A stretch of 59,664 nt of DNA, filler included, from 6 parts of 6 records of this genome joined end to end with filler, not necessarily neighbours in it; one strand, 5' to 3'. Positions 29,316 through 40,560 are shown, numbered from the whole stretch's first letter. Numbers and translations: made by a program. Notes: generated by a model not told the origin, from the letters alone.

Positions 29316-32282
29316 GTGGATACAGTAGTTGGCCGGTTGGTTTACCTGATCACCGGAGACAACAAGCATCTCAACACCTCAATGGATCAGTCCCGCAAGG
29401 GAATGAGTAGCCTTCAGGGCCACGCGAAGTCCACCGGGGCAATGATTACTAGGTATCTCACGGCTGGTGCCCTGGTTGCCCTTGGGAAGAAACTTATAGA
29501 TGCCGGATCTGACGCAGAAGAACTGGGCAGCAAGTTCTCTGTTGTATTCAAAGGGATAATCGAAGACACCAACAGGTGGGTATCGACCTACTCTGACGCT
29601 GTTGGCCGCGGTGAATTGGCCACTAAGGAATACCTGGCCACCCTCCAGGACATCCGTACCGGTTTCGGGGACTCAATTCCTGAGGCAGCCAAGTTCTCCC
29701 AGGCTGTTGTGGGAATCACCAACGACCTTTCTTCATTCTCGAATGTTGGCTTTGAAGAGACCTCAGCGGCTATTCAATCCGGCCTCTCTGGGCAGTTCGA
29801 AGCCCTACGGAGTCTGGGTGTAGGCCTGAACGTTGCCATCATCGACCAGGGCGATTATGCGAAAGCACTCGGGAAGACCTGGCAGCAGATGAGCAACCTG
29901 GAGAAGCAAGAAGCTGTTCTCTCCGGAATTGTCTCCCAGTCCGGTAATGCAATCCGTCAGAATGTTTCTGATTGGCGGGACTATAACTATGAACTCGGTG
30001 ACGCTGCTGTCACTGCTGATGGTGTAGCCAATAAGAATAAGGCCATCGCTCAAAGCGCAGGAGATACCGCGGCAGCTTTCGGAAAAAGGCTTCTTCCTGC
30101 CTATTCAGATTTTCAAGATGTAGCGCTCGATGTTCTGGAAAGTCTTGAAGACATGAGCCCGGTGATGAAGGATCTGACCATTGCGGCTGCTGGGCTTGGG
30201 GCGTCCTTTGCCATGGGCGGGTGGGTCGGCCTTGCCATTGCGGCTGTCGCTGGACTTGTCCTGAAGATTATTGACGCAAGAGATCGTACCGACGAGCTAG
30301 AAGAGGCTACCGACAGGCTTAAAACCGCATCGACTAAGTACCATGATGTCCTCGAAGAGCTCAATGGCGACTTAACCGACTATACAGACCTTCAAAAGAC
30401 ACAACTGGAACTGAAAAAGGAACAGCTTGCAATCGAAACCGAACTTGCTCTCGCAGAGTATGTCCGAGAACACGCTCGTTTTGAAGCACAGCAGGCTCGA
30501 GAGGCAGGAGAGCTTCGCAGTCTTGAGATCCGAAAACAAGCCTACATAGACATGCTTGAGAACGAGACTGCTGCAATAGAAGAGCTTGAAAGACTAAATG
30601 AGCGGGGCCTCGGGAATGGGCCACGGTTGTCAGAAGCAGAGCATGAAAGATGGCTTGCCTTGATTGAAGCGGAAGCGGACAACAGAAAGATTCTTTTGGG
30701 TGAGGATAGAGGCAAGAACAAAGCTGAAGTCGAGTTACTAAAAATCATTGACGATATCGGCGAAGCCAGCAAAGACAACCTTGACCTCGAAATTCAACGG
30801 AATGAAGTCATTGGCGTCGCGGCGAGGCTCTACAAAGATGGCATGCTTCCGAACATCGAGTATGTTCGGACTGTAAACGAAGAGCTGTATAACGAAATCA
30901 TTGCCGCCGCCGCTGCTCTCGCAGATGTGAAAGACGATTCTAGTGATGAACCAGATGCTGACGACCCAGACGGCGATTCGGGTAAGGAGTCTCTCAATTA
31001 TCTCGAGCTTTATACTCAGAAGCTCCGGGAAATTACCTGGTCGAAGAAGGATCTTCTTGAACTCGAACGGCAACGGGCCCTCACCGAAGCTTCTACGAAC
31101 AACGCTTCCATTGAAGGGCTTGATGCGATCAACGCCTACTACGATGAATTGATAGCCAGCCTTGATGTCGTTCAGAGCGAAGAAATTGACTATCTCGATA
31201 TCTACCTGGAGAAAATACGTGAGGTAACGAAGACCAAGGCGGAGCTTCTCCAACTCGAGAAGGAAAGAATCATTGCTGAAGCTCAGTCCAACGGGGCTTC
31301 TCTCGAAGATCTCTCTGCAATATTCCTCTACTACGACATCCTCATCGACAAAGCTACAGAGCTGAAGGATGAAATGGACTCTGATGGCGGCGGCGCCAGT
31401 GATCCTCTAGAGTCCTGGGATTGGGACCAGTGGGCCAACAAGGGCGTCGACGCCATATCCAACCTTCTAGGGGCTCTAGATGGGCTGTTGAGCCAGATGG
31501 CCGATGCGCAAATAGATGCGATCAATGCTGCCCGCGATGCAGAACTCGCTGCGTTGGGGCTTCTCGAAGAAGAAGAGGAAAACCGATACACCTCCCAACG
31601 GCAACAAGCGGCCCAAGAGCTTTCCGACCTTGAAGACGATGCAAGACGAGAAACAGACCTTGAGAAGAAGAATGCCGCCGAAATGGCCGCTGCCGAAAAG
31701 GCTGTAGAACTCGACAAACTCATTCAGGAAGAAGCCAATGAAGAGCGCCGGCTGAGGGTCGAAGAGAAATATGAGCGCGAGCGAGCCCGGATGCAGTATG
31801 AGGCCGCGTTAATAGCTTGGACTATGCAGCTTGCGCAAGCGAATGCTGGAATTGGCTTGGCTCAAATCCAAGCTTGGTCATCGGTTCCCTGGCCGTACTC
31901 CATCGCCGCTGCAATCGCAGCAGGGGCTGCAACAACCATCAGTATGGCCACGGTGGCTATGAGTAAACCTTCGCCTCCGTCTTTTGCTGTCGGTGCTTGG
32001 GAAATTCCCGAAGACATGAATGCCAATATCCACGCTGGCGAGATGATTCTTCCAAAGCCCTTTGCAGACTCAGTCAGATCCGGGGATACGGCGATCGGTG
32101 GAAGTAATGTTTCAATCGTCATCTATGCCTCAGAGCCAGTAGAGACCGAGGAGCGTGTCCTTGAGGATCGCCGAGAGATCGCCGTATTCGTCGGGCAAAC
32201 TTGGGTTGCAGCCTATCAGGACGGCAATTTCGACCAGGTTATGGCGGCCAGACATGGATTGAGAAAGAGAGGTCTTTCATGA
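29316..32282 (+). CDS. tail tape measure protein
   Basis: 988 aa, Ala-rich helical; KFSVVF, SGLSGQFEALRSLGV; C-terminal FAVG..IHAGEMILP. Confidence 0.9.
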   Translation: MDTVVGRLVYLITGDNKHLNTSMDQSRKGMSSLQGHAKSTGAMITRYLTAGALVALGKKLIDAGSDAEELGSKFSVVFKGIIEDTNRWVSTYSDAVGRGELATKEYLATLQDIRTGFGDSIPEAAKFSQAVVGITNDLSSFSNVGFEETSAAIQSGLSGQFEALRSLGVGLNVAIIDQGDYAKALGKTWQQMSNLEKQEAVLSGIVSQSGNAIRQNVSDWRDYNYELGDAAVTADGVANKNKAIAQSAGDTAAAFGKRLLPAYSDFQDVALDVLESLEDMSPVMKDLTIAAAGLGASFAMGGWVGLAIAAVAGLVLKIIDARDRTDELEEATDRLKTASTKYHDVLEELNGDLTDYTDLQKTQLELKKEQLAIETELALAEYVREHARFEAQQAREAGELRSLEIRKQAYIDMLENETAAIEELERLNERGLGNGPRLSEAEHERWLALIEAEADNRKILLGEDRGKNKAEVELLKIIDDIGEASKDNLDLEIQRNEVIGVAARLYKDGMLPNIEYVRTVNEELYNEIIAAAAALADVKDDSSDEPDADDPDGDSGKESLNYLELYTQKLREITWSKKDLLELERQRALTEASTNNASIEGLDAINAYYDELIASLDVVQSEEIDYLDIYLEKIREVTKTKAELLQLEKERIIAEAQSNGASLEDLSAIFLYYDILIDKATELKDEMDSDGGGASDPLESWDWDQWANKGVDAISNLLGALDGLLSQMADAQIDAINAARDAELAALGLLEEEEENRYTSQRQQAAQELSDLEDDARRETDLEKKNAAEMAAAEKAVELDKLIQEEANEERRLRVEEKYERERARMQYEAALIAWTMQLAQANAGIGLAQIQAWSSVPWPYSIAAAIAAGAATTISMATVAMSKPSPPSFAVGAWEIPEDMNANIHAGEMILPKPFADSVRSGDTAIGGSNVSIVIYASEPVETEERVLEDRREIAVFVGQTWVAAYQDGNFDQVMAARHGLRKRGLS

Positions 32283-32644
32283 GTGAAACGTGGCCGACCT
32301 CATTACCGAGTTTCCCGCTCACTGAATGGGGTTACAAGAAGAAGAGTTCAATTATCAAAACCGATATGGAGCTTGGCCCGGCGAAGCGGCGCCGGCGGAC
32401 CACCGCTGAAGGGGCCCTAATCTCCGGTGTATTGAGTCTGTCTCAGGCTCAGTTTGAAACGTTCAAAACGTTTGTTGAAACCACTCTAAATGGAGGAATA
32501 GAGGAAATCGAATGGCCGGACTTCATATCTGGTGAAACTCAGATTGTATCTTTGGACATCGGAACCAACGAGGAGCTCTATTCAGTAAAACAGACGGGGG
32601 TCGACGCTTACGAGATTGGCCTCAAGCTGGAGGTCAAACCATGA
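32279..32644 (+). CDS. distal tail protein
   Basis: WP..LP, TDMELGPAKRRRRTT, F...LNGG. Confidence 0.75.
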   Translation: MSETWPTSLPSFPLTEWGYKKKSSIIKTDMELGPAKRRRRTTAEGALISGVLSLSQAQFETFKTFVETTLNGGIEEIEWPDFISGETQIVSLDIGTNEELYSVKQTGVDAYEIGLKLEVKP

Positions 32645-33111
32645 CCACTGAGCAGAGAAGAGCGCTGTTCGCTCACCAGACTGATAAAATCGGAATAGAT
32701 CTCGTCGAGATTTCTGCAGAGGGGATGGACACTGTCTATCTTTGCCGGAATACCGAAGTGATCACTTCCAATCTAAACGCCTATATCCCATCCAGCATGG
32801 AAGTCTCGAAGCCAGTAAAAGGTAGTTCCAGTCAGAAGGCAACATTGCGAATCTCCGGAGTAGACACAGAGAAGCTTGAAATGGTGCAGAGCTTATCTCC
32901 GGACGCAGAGGTCACAGTGAAGAACATGTTCATCTTCGCAGATGCCCCAAACGACTACGTCGACGGCCCCTATTCCTACACTGTCGATACCGCAAGTATC
33001 GAGTCAGCCACGGGGACAATCGAACTCTCGCTTTCAGTTGAGTCTCCTCTCGACTACCTGGCGTCTCAGTACCGGTACGACACCAAAGGATTCCCGGCAA
33101 TATGGACGTAA
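32641..33111 (+). CDS. tail tip protein (DUF1833/gpL-like)
   Basis: Position; C-terminal RY....FPAI. Confidence 0.65.
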   Translation: MTTEQRRALFAHQTDKIGIDLVEISAEGMDTVYLCRNTEVITSNLNAYIPSSMEVSKPVKGSSSQKATLRISGVDTEKLEMVQSLSPDAEVTVKNMFIFADAPNDYVDGPYSYTVDTASIESATGTIELSLSVESPLDYLASQYRYDTKGFPAIWT

Positions 33112-33455
33112 GGCTCACCCAGATACCATTTGAAGAACGTGGCCGAACCTACTCTGGCTGTGATTGTTACGGATTCGTTCGCCTTGTTCTTCTGGAGGCT
33201 GGTGTCGAGCTTCCCTTATATGCCTTCAATGGTGAGGGTGGAGACAAAGAGAGAGCTCTGGAACTGATCCAAACAGAAGAGGTGTCGGATCCCGAAGATA
33301 ACGACCTTGTATACCTCACTTCAAGGACAGGCCAAGAGCATATCGGTGTGTTCAATTCCGGGAACGTCTGGCATATGACTTCCGAAGGTGTCCTTTCTCG
33401 GGCCTGGAAGAGGATCCGGAATCAGGTGAAGGGGATCTATCGTGTTACGGGTTAG
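33102..33455 (+). CDS. NlpC/P60 tail assembly protein (gpK-like)
   Basis: GR..GCDCYG, HIGVF, WH. Confidence 0.8.
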   Translation: MDVRLTQIPFEERGRTYSGCDCYGFVRLVLLEAGVELPLYAFNGEGGDKERALELIQTEEVSDPEDNDLVYLTSRTGQEHIGVFNSGNVWHMTSEGVLSRAWKRIRNQVKGIYRVTG

Positions 33456-36400
33456 GTTTGTAGACCGACCCGGGACTCCGGGAAGGGTTGAATACTTCGA
33501 AAGAGAAGAGCTTGAAGCCTCTCTGAATGGTACCCAGAGCAAGGTCTACGTTGATCTTGAACCCCGGGAGACCGATCCGTTGATAATTCCCGACGGTGCT
33601 GAAGAAGTTGTTGTGGTCAGCGTCCCTGAAGGGGAAAACTTCGGCACAATTGTTCTCGGTGTACTCACCGCAGGAATATCGACAGCTATTCAGGCGAGAA
33701 AGCTGAAGAAGGAAGCGGAGGCTCTCCAAGCAAAGGCCGAAAAACTTTCCAAGATCGACTTCCCGGATCCGGCACCTTCTATACGGGGTTCCCAGAATCG
33801 GTTTCGGGAAAATGGCAGAATTCCCCTGATCTTCGGCAATCATTACCTGGTTCCTGATCTGTGTGGCGTCCCGTACTCATATTACTCCAATGACGAGCAG
33901 TGGTACCGGCAGATTTTCTGCTTAGGCTTCTCAGAGGTTTCGTATTCTGATGTGAAAATCGGGAAGAATGATATCACCAACTATGACGCCACTTTTGGTG
34001 CAGGAGTTTCCCAGTATCCGACTATGGTCTCTGAAACTGTTGTCGGTATCAGGCTCGAGCAGAGTGAACCGCTTACCTATACCACGCCAGAGAACACTGT
34101 CCAGCTGAACGTTGGGATCTCCTTTCCCTCCGGGCTGCGGGCTTACAACGACAACGTAGATCCCATCAGCCACAGCGTAGGTGTGACAATCAGATATAGA
34201 TTATCGGGTGGGGGTACATGGACAGAGTCCGCGGAGACAATCTCCGGCAACAAGGACTTCTCTAGGACCATGTTCACCTTCGTGGTGCCCTCTGGTTCCT
34301 ATGAGGTCCAGGTGGAGAGAACCACAGCCGAGAGCGATGAGGCCTCCACTCTTGATATGGCCTACTGGGATGTCCTGCAGTCGCAGGTTCAGGTTGATGG
34401 TTCAGGGAATCCTGTATCGCCGGGCATGCTGGCAGCTTGTAATATCGCTTCCCTCGCAATCAGGTCTACCGGCCAACTAAACGGAATCATCAACGAGCTC
34501 AATGTCCAGGCGCAGCTTCATTGCCGGGATTACTCCGGAACAGGCTCTGGCGCATCTTCCTGGATCGCCGGGCCAACAAGGAGCCCGGCTTCGGCTCTGC
34601 TGTACCTCCTGACTGACACCAAGGTCAATAAGAAACCCGTTGATGATGCCAATATCGAATGGACTGAGTTTGAGGAATTCCATGATTGGTGTGACACCAA
34701 AGGCTTCTACTTTGATGCAGTGATCTCCGGCGACTACACCATCGAAGACGTGGCCGATATGATCTGTACTGCTGGCCGGGCCAAGTTGACAGTTTTCAAT
34801 GGCACCTACGGCGTGACTATTGAAAAGCCCTCAAGTAATGTCGATTTCCAACTCACTCCGCGGAACACCAAGGGCGGCATGACCCTGTCAAAGGGATTCA
34901 ACCGACAGACGAAGAACATCAAATGCATGTTCATTGACCGGACAAGCGACTACTGCGAGGTTTCCCGGACATGCTCTATTGATTCGGGTGGGAACATCGT
35001 CTACGACTCCCCACAGGACGGCGAGACAAAAGAAGTAACCTTTGTTGGCATCACTGACCCTGCGCACGTGATGAAAATCGCTGCCTTTGAGCTGGCGAAA
35101 CTCACTCTCAGGAATGTGACCTATTCAGTTCCTCAGGATTGGGAGCAGTTGACCGCGTTTCCAGGGGCTGTAGGGTATATCTCGAATGACATGTTCCTAT
35201 ACGGGCTCGGATCTGGAAAGGTTGTTGAAGTTACCGGTTCGGGTACTGGAGTTACTATTGATGAGCAGATCACGATGGAGGTCGGTAAATCCTACTCCCT
35301 GATGGTCCGGATGAACGATCCTGATGACGGGATCCGGATCTATCCGGTGAATACCATTGTGGGTACTTCGAATCAGCTAGTTTTCACCTCTTCTGTCTCG
35401 GAGAATATCGAAATCGGCAACCAGGTCATTTTCGGAGAAGCTGGATCAGAAGGAATTAAGGTTCTCTGTGAGACCATTACTCAGGGCATTGATCAGGAAG
35501 GCACCCTGCAATTGGTGGAATACCAGGAGGGCGTCTACTCCGCAGACTCCGGAACAATCCCTGAGTGGGAATCTGGAGTCACGATTCCTACCTCGACGTC
35601 CTCAGCTGAAGTTTTCCTCTTGCAGAGATGATCGCAGAATTCGCAGACGGAGCTGGCCAGGCGGCCGCCCAGTCCCCGACATATGAAGAAATTACCCAAG
35701 GATTCACCTATGAAGCTGACGAGGAGACGCTGGCAACGACGATTCCTGCAGCGGTGACGTTGGGGCTCGAAGGTTCCTACAGGGCCGTGATTCTTCGTTG
35801 GGATCGGCAAGCCAACCTTTCCAACTTCGACCGGTACGAGATCCAAGTATCTGGTGATGCCGGGACAACCTGGCACTCGCTTAAATTTGACGGCACCGAC
35901 TATAAGGATACTCTCAACGCCTGGACTCCCTGGTACTCAGAGACTCTTGTCCACGCAGGGATTCCCCTTGGAGGAACGGCCGCGGCCCCGGTTGGCATCT
36001 CTCTTCAATACAGGGTCCGAAGAGTAACCAAGGCTTCGATCGCTTCTGCGGCGGTCACAGGATCTGCTACCACTTCGCCAATTGCCACTGGCGATATTGC
36101 CGCCAATGCGATCACTGCAAACAAGATCGCTGCAAATGCAATTTCAGCCGCATTGATTCAGGCTGGGTTACTCGGTGCATCTCAGGCCGTGATCATCGGC
36201 TATAGCGGCACCGGCACGTCCGCCAGCCCCGACGAGGGTGACCGGCGGGTTTTGATAGACAACGATGAAATTTCATTTCAGGAGTATACCAATGGCGCGT
36301 GGACTTCGTACAACCAAGTCTCTCTTGGCGGTTCTGATAGTGATGGGGTTTTCTATCCCTTTCTCTCTTGCCGAGGTGTAATCCATCCCCAGGCCGCACT

Positions 36401-37865
36401 GGTCGACACCTCGGAGATTGGGGAGCTTTTACCTGGTGGACATATCTACACATGGGAGGATGACTTAAAAGACCACCTGAACGATCATACAATGACGGCC
36501 GTGTCATTTACTCGGTCAACAGCTTGGTCGAAATTCGGTTCTTATTCTATTCATAGCTCTGGCCTTTCCGATGAAATGAAGTCAGGGGACTATTTGACCG
36601 ACCCATTAGACCTCGCTCCCGAAAACGATTCAACGGTGGCGGGGTGGTTTTACAAATCATCTGTTGGATCGTCCCCGACTGGCAGCGTTCGGATTCTTGA
36701 TCTCTACAGCTACTACACCCAGGCGCAATATCTCGGAGTAGAGTACGATCTCGCAAATGACCGGATCAGGCTGAACGCTTACAACAACGCTGCAACGCCG
36801 CTTGATGAGTCTTCTTCGTGGGTTTCTGTGTCCACAGGAACAGCCCACTATATCGGCATGATATGGGACGCTTCCGAAGAAACCGCAACGCTATTTCTAG
36901 ATGGGGCCGAAAGCGTTTCCTTGGACCTGTCAAGTACGGCTTTTACCACCAACTCTGCCGAGGCTGAATTTATTTGTTCGCTCGGGCCTGCGCCCACCGA
37001 CTCAACAAATCCTGGGTTATACTTGGATGAATTAGTGGTGGGTCCGGGTGAGTTGTTTGATGTTGACGCGTTGACTCAGCACTACAACCATGACCGAGAG
37101 TGGAGTGTCTCTGAATACTCAGATAAAGACGTTATCATCAGGCCTGCCCCGGGCGGCCGGGTTCGTACCGATTACCCGGCCGGGTATATTTACGGACTGG
37201 AAACCGAGAGCGCAACAGATTCCGACCACGACGTTACGATTAACCGCGGTAAGTGCCGGTCCTATTATGACCTGTACAATATCGACTTAACCTTTTCCCT
37301 CACGAAACGGATAGATGCCACATGGGCGGCTGGTGACGACGCCGGGGGGCGGTTCTCTGGCGTCTCCCTTTCGGCTTCCACGACCTATCACCTGTTCCTC
37401 ATAAAGAGGATTTCTGACGGTAAGGTTGACGCCGGGTTCGACACGGATGTCGACTGCGCCAACATCCCGAGCGGGTACACCGGCTACCGGGGGTTGAGGA
37501 CATACAAAACCGACTCTTCATCAAACATCAAGGGCGGCTACCCTTACGACCACACCGTGAGTAAGGGACACACCAAGCTGTGGACTGGAGCAAGAAACAG
37601 CGGGACGATTACGCTGTCAGAGGATGTTTCCAATTTCAACTCTTTGATCGTTGTTACGTCTGGCGTCTCGAATGCCAAAATGGCCTCTTCTGTTGTTCCG
37701 GTTTCGCTGTTGATAACGAACACCACAAATGCTTTTACGGGATTTCATTTCTACTCAGGCTCCAATTACTACGCGACGGTTTCCTACGCAACCTCGACAA
37801 CCTTATCGCTTTCATATTCGGGGTCAAGCGGTTACGACGTTATAGGAATCTATGGGTGTGCCTGA
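33442..37865 (+). CDS. host-specificity tail tip protein (TipJ-like) with FN3, LamG-like and fibre C-terminal domains; frameshift near 35612
   Basis: IRGSQN..IPLIFG, FPSGL, YEVQVERTT. One added T in GTTTT joins ORFs 33442 and 35628. IAANAITANKI repeat and a concanavalin-like region. Confidence 0.75.
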
Positions 37866-38377
37866 TGGGTGATTGGATCGGAAAGGATAACGACGCCTAT
37901 GTGGCGATCATGAGCGAAGACCCGGGCAGGGATCATAAGCCCGTGGACGTGGAGGAGATGGATGTGAGTGGCGAAATGTCAGACAGAGTTGCTGCGCTAG
38001 AACGTAGTGAAGCGCTCCTCTATGGAGACAAGGGACAGCCAGGAATGCTCGAAGAATTCCGCAACGATTTGAAGATGTTGATCAACGACAACAAGGTCTT
38101 CGAACAGCGCATGATTCAAGGACAAGAGGAGATAAAGGAGAAGCTCTCTGGCATGGAAAATCGTATCTCCAACAACGAAACCGACATCAATGGATTGGGG
38201 AACAAAGTGGATGCCTCCATCACTCGGATGAACAAGAAGGTTGATGAAGCAATCGGCCGGGTGAAGGGAAAAGATGTTGCGGCGGAATTCCGAGTCGCAG
38301 CTATCAATGGTGGGGTCTATGGCTTCCTGATCGCCCTTTGGTATGGACTGAAGGCGCTCGTCGCCGGTGGAGGATGA
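37865..38377 (+). CDS. coiled-coil protein with C-terminal TM (holin/antiholin-like)
   Basis: First gene of the lysis block; start may be ATG 37958 after GGAGGAG. Confidence 0.55.
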   Translation: MGDWIGKDNDAYVAIMSEDPGRDHKPVDVEEMDVSGEMSDRVAALERSEALLYGDKGQPGMLEEFRNDLKMLINDNKVFEQRMIQGQEEIKEKLSGMENRISNNETDINGLGNKVDASITRMNKKVDEAIGRVKGKDVAAEFRVAAINGGVYGFLIALWYGLKALVAGGG

Positions 38378-38990
38378 CATGGTAAACCTTAAACCAGAGT
38401 GGTATTTCTCGCAGCGGAACAACTCTATTAAGCCGTGGGCAGCATGTATGCCCACATCACGGGCGATGTTCTACCACGGGAATGGCATCAGCTATCAGAA
38501 GGATCCTGAAGGAAAACTCCAGGACGACGACTACTTCATGAAGTGCCTGAATTCCTGCCATGCGATTGCCTTGGCAAAGATCAAATATCCCTGGTGCATG
38601 AACGACTCCGGCGAAGTGGTGATTCCTCCGAATGAAATCCATGGCATGTACCATTCCTGGCTCGATCTGCAGGTATGCGGGAAGCGGATCAGTGATTTCC
38701 ATACCGACCTTTCGGTCGATGACTACGTTGATGCCGTCATGCAGGGTGAGACGATCATGACCTCCGGCAAGTTCCCTGGCCTGGCCGGCCACGCCTTCTG
38801 CATCATCGGATGGGACGGAAGGAACTTCATCCTGGCGGATCCCTGGGGCGACTACAATACCGGATACGAGGACACCAACGGATACGGTGTGAAGATGAGC
38901 CGTGAGGATTTCCGGAAGCATGTGAAGCCGGTGAAGTCGAAGCGGAAGTGGGGTCACCGTGTGATCCTGGGGGAGGGCGCAGCGGCATGA
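38367..38990 (+). CDS. C39-like peptidase, probable endolysin
   Basis: YFSQRNN..CMPTSRAM, GHAFCIIGWD, DPWG papain-like C-H-D triad. Confidence 0.8.
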   Translation: MEDDMVNLKPEWYFSQRNNSIKPWAACMPTSRAMFYHGNGISYQKDPEGKLQDDDYFMKCLNSCHAIALAKIKYPWCMNDSGEVVIPPNEIHGMYHSWLDLQVCGKRISDFHTDLSVDDYVDAVMQGETIMTSGKFPGLAGHAFCIIGWDGRNFILADPWGDYNTGYEDTNGYGVKMSREDFRKHVKPVKSKRKWGHRVILGEGAAA

Positions 38991-39253
38991 AGGAAATCAG
39001 AGATATGAGTTTCTGGGAAACTCTACTGGATCTCCCGAATCGGCTGGTCACTCTCATCTGGAAAATGATGAGCATCAAGGTGGCCTTCCTGGCGGCGACT
39101 CTGTACGGCATTTCTCAAGAAGCCTTCTCGTCCTGGGAGGCGGTGGTCATCTGGTTCCTTGTCGGGATCATGGCGATCGCACCCCGGGAACTGGACAAAT
39201 GGAAGAAGGCGATCATCGAAATGAAGACTGGGAAGCTGGTCGAGGAGGAATGA
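38987..39253 (+). CDS. putative holin (2 TM)
   Basis: Two hydrophobic helices, charged C-terminus, follows the endolysin. Confidence 0.6.
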   Translation: MKEIRDMSFWETLLDLPNRLVTLIWKMMSIKVAFLAATLYGISQEAFSSWEAVVIWFLVGIMAIAPRELDKWKKAIIEMKTGKLVEEE

Positions 39254-39735
39254 TGTGGGCAAAACTATTGCGGCCTTTCTGGCTGGGGCTCTTATTGCTG
39301 GTTTCGGCGTATACACTTGGCGCTCAGCAGCAGAACGATCTGCGTACGCTCAGCTGGAACGAGATGTCCGATCTGCTCGAATCGAAGTCGAAGAACTTCG
39401 ACCAGATATCGACCAGTCACTCATTGAATTGGGACCAGCGATTGAACGCATTGGAGGCATTGGCGACCGAGCTGGAACCGCTTTGGGACAGCTTGGAGAC
39501 CATCGAGAAAGACTCGAGCGAAGCCTTGATGATGGTCAGCGGCTTGCGGACGAAGCTGACCTCGTTATCAGCGAAGGTCGATGGGGCTATCTCCTCGCTG
39601 AAGAGTATCGAAGACGAGGTGAAGAAGGCGAAGAATAGGGCGACCTGGGGAATCATCGCCGGTGGGACCGCCCTGGCCGTCGCCGTCGGTGTTTGCATCT
39701 TCGTCGGTATCAAGGCAAAACAGCAACCCGACTGA
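39253..39735 (+). CDS. spanin-like protein: signal peptide, coiled coil, C-terminal TM
   Basis: MWAKLLRPFWLGLLLLVSAYTLGA signal; heptad-like region; WGIIAGGTALAVAVGVCIFVGI. Confidence 0.6.
   Translation: MWAKLLRPFWLGLLLLVSAYTLGAQQQNDLRTLSWNEMSDLLESKSKNFDQISTSHSLNWDQRLNALEALATELEPLWDSLETIEKDSSEALMMVSGLRTKLTSLSAKVDGAISSLKSIEDEVKKAKNRATWGIIAGGTALAVAVGVCIFVGIKAKQQPD
39255..39638 (+). CDS. nested i-spanin-like protein: N-terminal TM and coiled coil
   Basis: GTG start 6 nt after GGAGG; TIAAFLAGALIAGFGVYTW followed by a helical region. Confidence 0.6.
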   Translation: MGKTIAAFLAGALIAGFGVYTWRSAAERSAYAQLERDVRSARIEVEELRPDIDQSLIELGPAIERIGGIGDRAGTALGQLGDHRERLERSLDDGQRLADEADLVISEGRWGYLLAEEYRRRGEEGEE

Positions 39736-39748
39736 TCTCAGGGCGGGA

Positions 39749-40459
39749 CTATTTCCACAATGATGATTGCGCGGTGATCACCTCTGCGAAGTCTTCTAGT
39801 CTGAAGGTTGTGTAGTGGTCCATCATCTTGGAGGACTTGTGGCCGGTGACGGCTTTAACCTTGGCGTCCGGAACTCCCTGGGAGCGCATGGCTGTGTTGT
39901 AGAAGTGCCGCCAAAAGTGGAAGTCTATACCCCGAGCCTCCCGGGCTTTCTCGCCGATTTTCATTCCGTCAAGCACAGCGTACAGTGTGTTTCGGGCTTC
40001 GTAGATCGGGATCGGTTTTTTGCCACCGGTCTTTGAGAGAAGAAAGCCTTCCGTCCCGACTTGTTCCACCCACCCTTGAATCCGCTTCGGAACCGGTGCG
40101 TATCGTTCTTCCTTGTTCTTCACACGGACCCGCCGACCGTTGGTGGTGTAGGACCACCGAACATGAACATAGTCTCCGTGCCAATCCTCAGAGAGCAGGG
40201 CACGGATTTCGCCATGCCGCATCCCGGTAGCTGCTGCCAACATGTTCGCCACGAATCCGACAGTGACTCCTCCCCAGTTCTTCGGGTTGGTCAGCTCCGC
40301 CAGTTCCCCGGCGGTGTACAGGTCGCGGTTCTTCCGTTTCGCTTTGAGCTTCGAGACCCCGGAACATGGGTTGTAGGGGATCAGGCGGCGGGCCACGGCC
40401 TCATTGAGCATCACTGACAGAACCCCGAAGATATTGTTGGCGTACTTGTAAGAAATTCC
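39749..40459 (-). CDS. tyrosine recombinase / integrase (5' truncated)
   Basis: TGMRHGE, HFWRH, GHKS..M..HY; frame open to the contig end. Confidence 0.92.
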   Translation of the reverse strand, partial: GISYKYANNIFGVLSVMLNEAVARRLIPYNPCSGVSKLKAKRKNRDLYTAGELAELTNPKNWGGVTVGFVANMLAAATGMRHGEIRALLSEDWHGDYVHVRWSYTTNGRRVRVKNKEERYAPVPKRIQGWVEQVGTEGFLLSKTGGKKPIPIYEARNTLYAVLDGMKIGEKAREARGIDFHFWRHFYNTAMRSQGVPDAKVKAVTGHKSSKMMDHYTTFRLEDFAEVITAQSSLWK

Positions 40460-40559
40460 NNNNNNNNNNNNNNNNNNNNNNNNNNNNNNNNNNNNNNNNN
40501 NNNTTAATTAATTAANNNNNNNNNNNNNNNNNNNNNNNNNNNNNNNNNNNNNNNNNNNN
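40460..40559. other. artificial contig-joining spacer
   Basis: N run with TTAATTAATTAA. Confidence 0.98.
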
Positions 40560-40560
40560 A

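Larger units (their letters stand above)
16180..40459 (+). mobile_element. temperate siphovirus (prophage or free), partial genome
   Basis: Co-oriented replication, packaging, head, tail and lysis genes with an opposing integrase; long tape measure gene and no sheath gene. Confidence 0.93.

Noticed and set aside
35628-37865. Diversity-generating retroelement target in the tail fibre
   Set aside because: No reverse transcriptase and no adenine-variant repeat pair found by eye
16132-39713. Numerous antisense ORFs across the GC-rich phage (e.g. 25230-26144 minus)
   Set aside because: Shadow frames of well-supported plus-strand genes, without motifs
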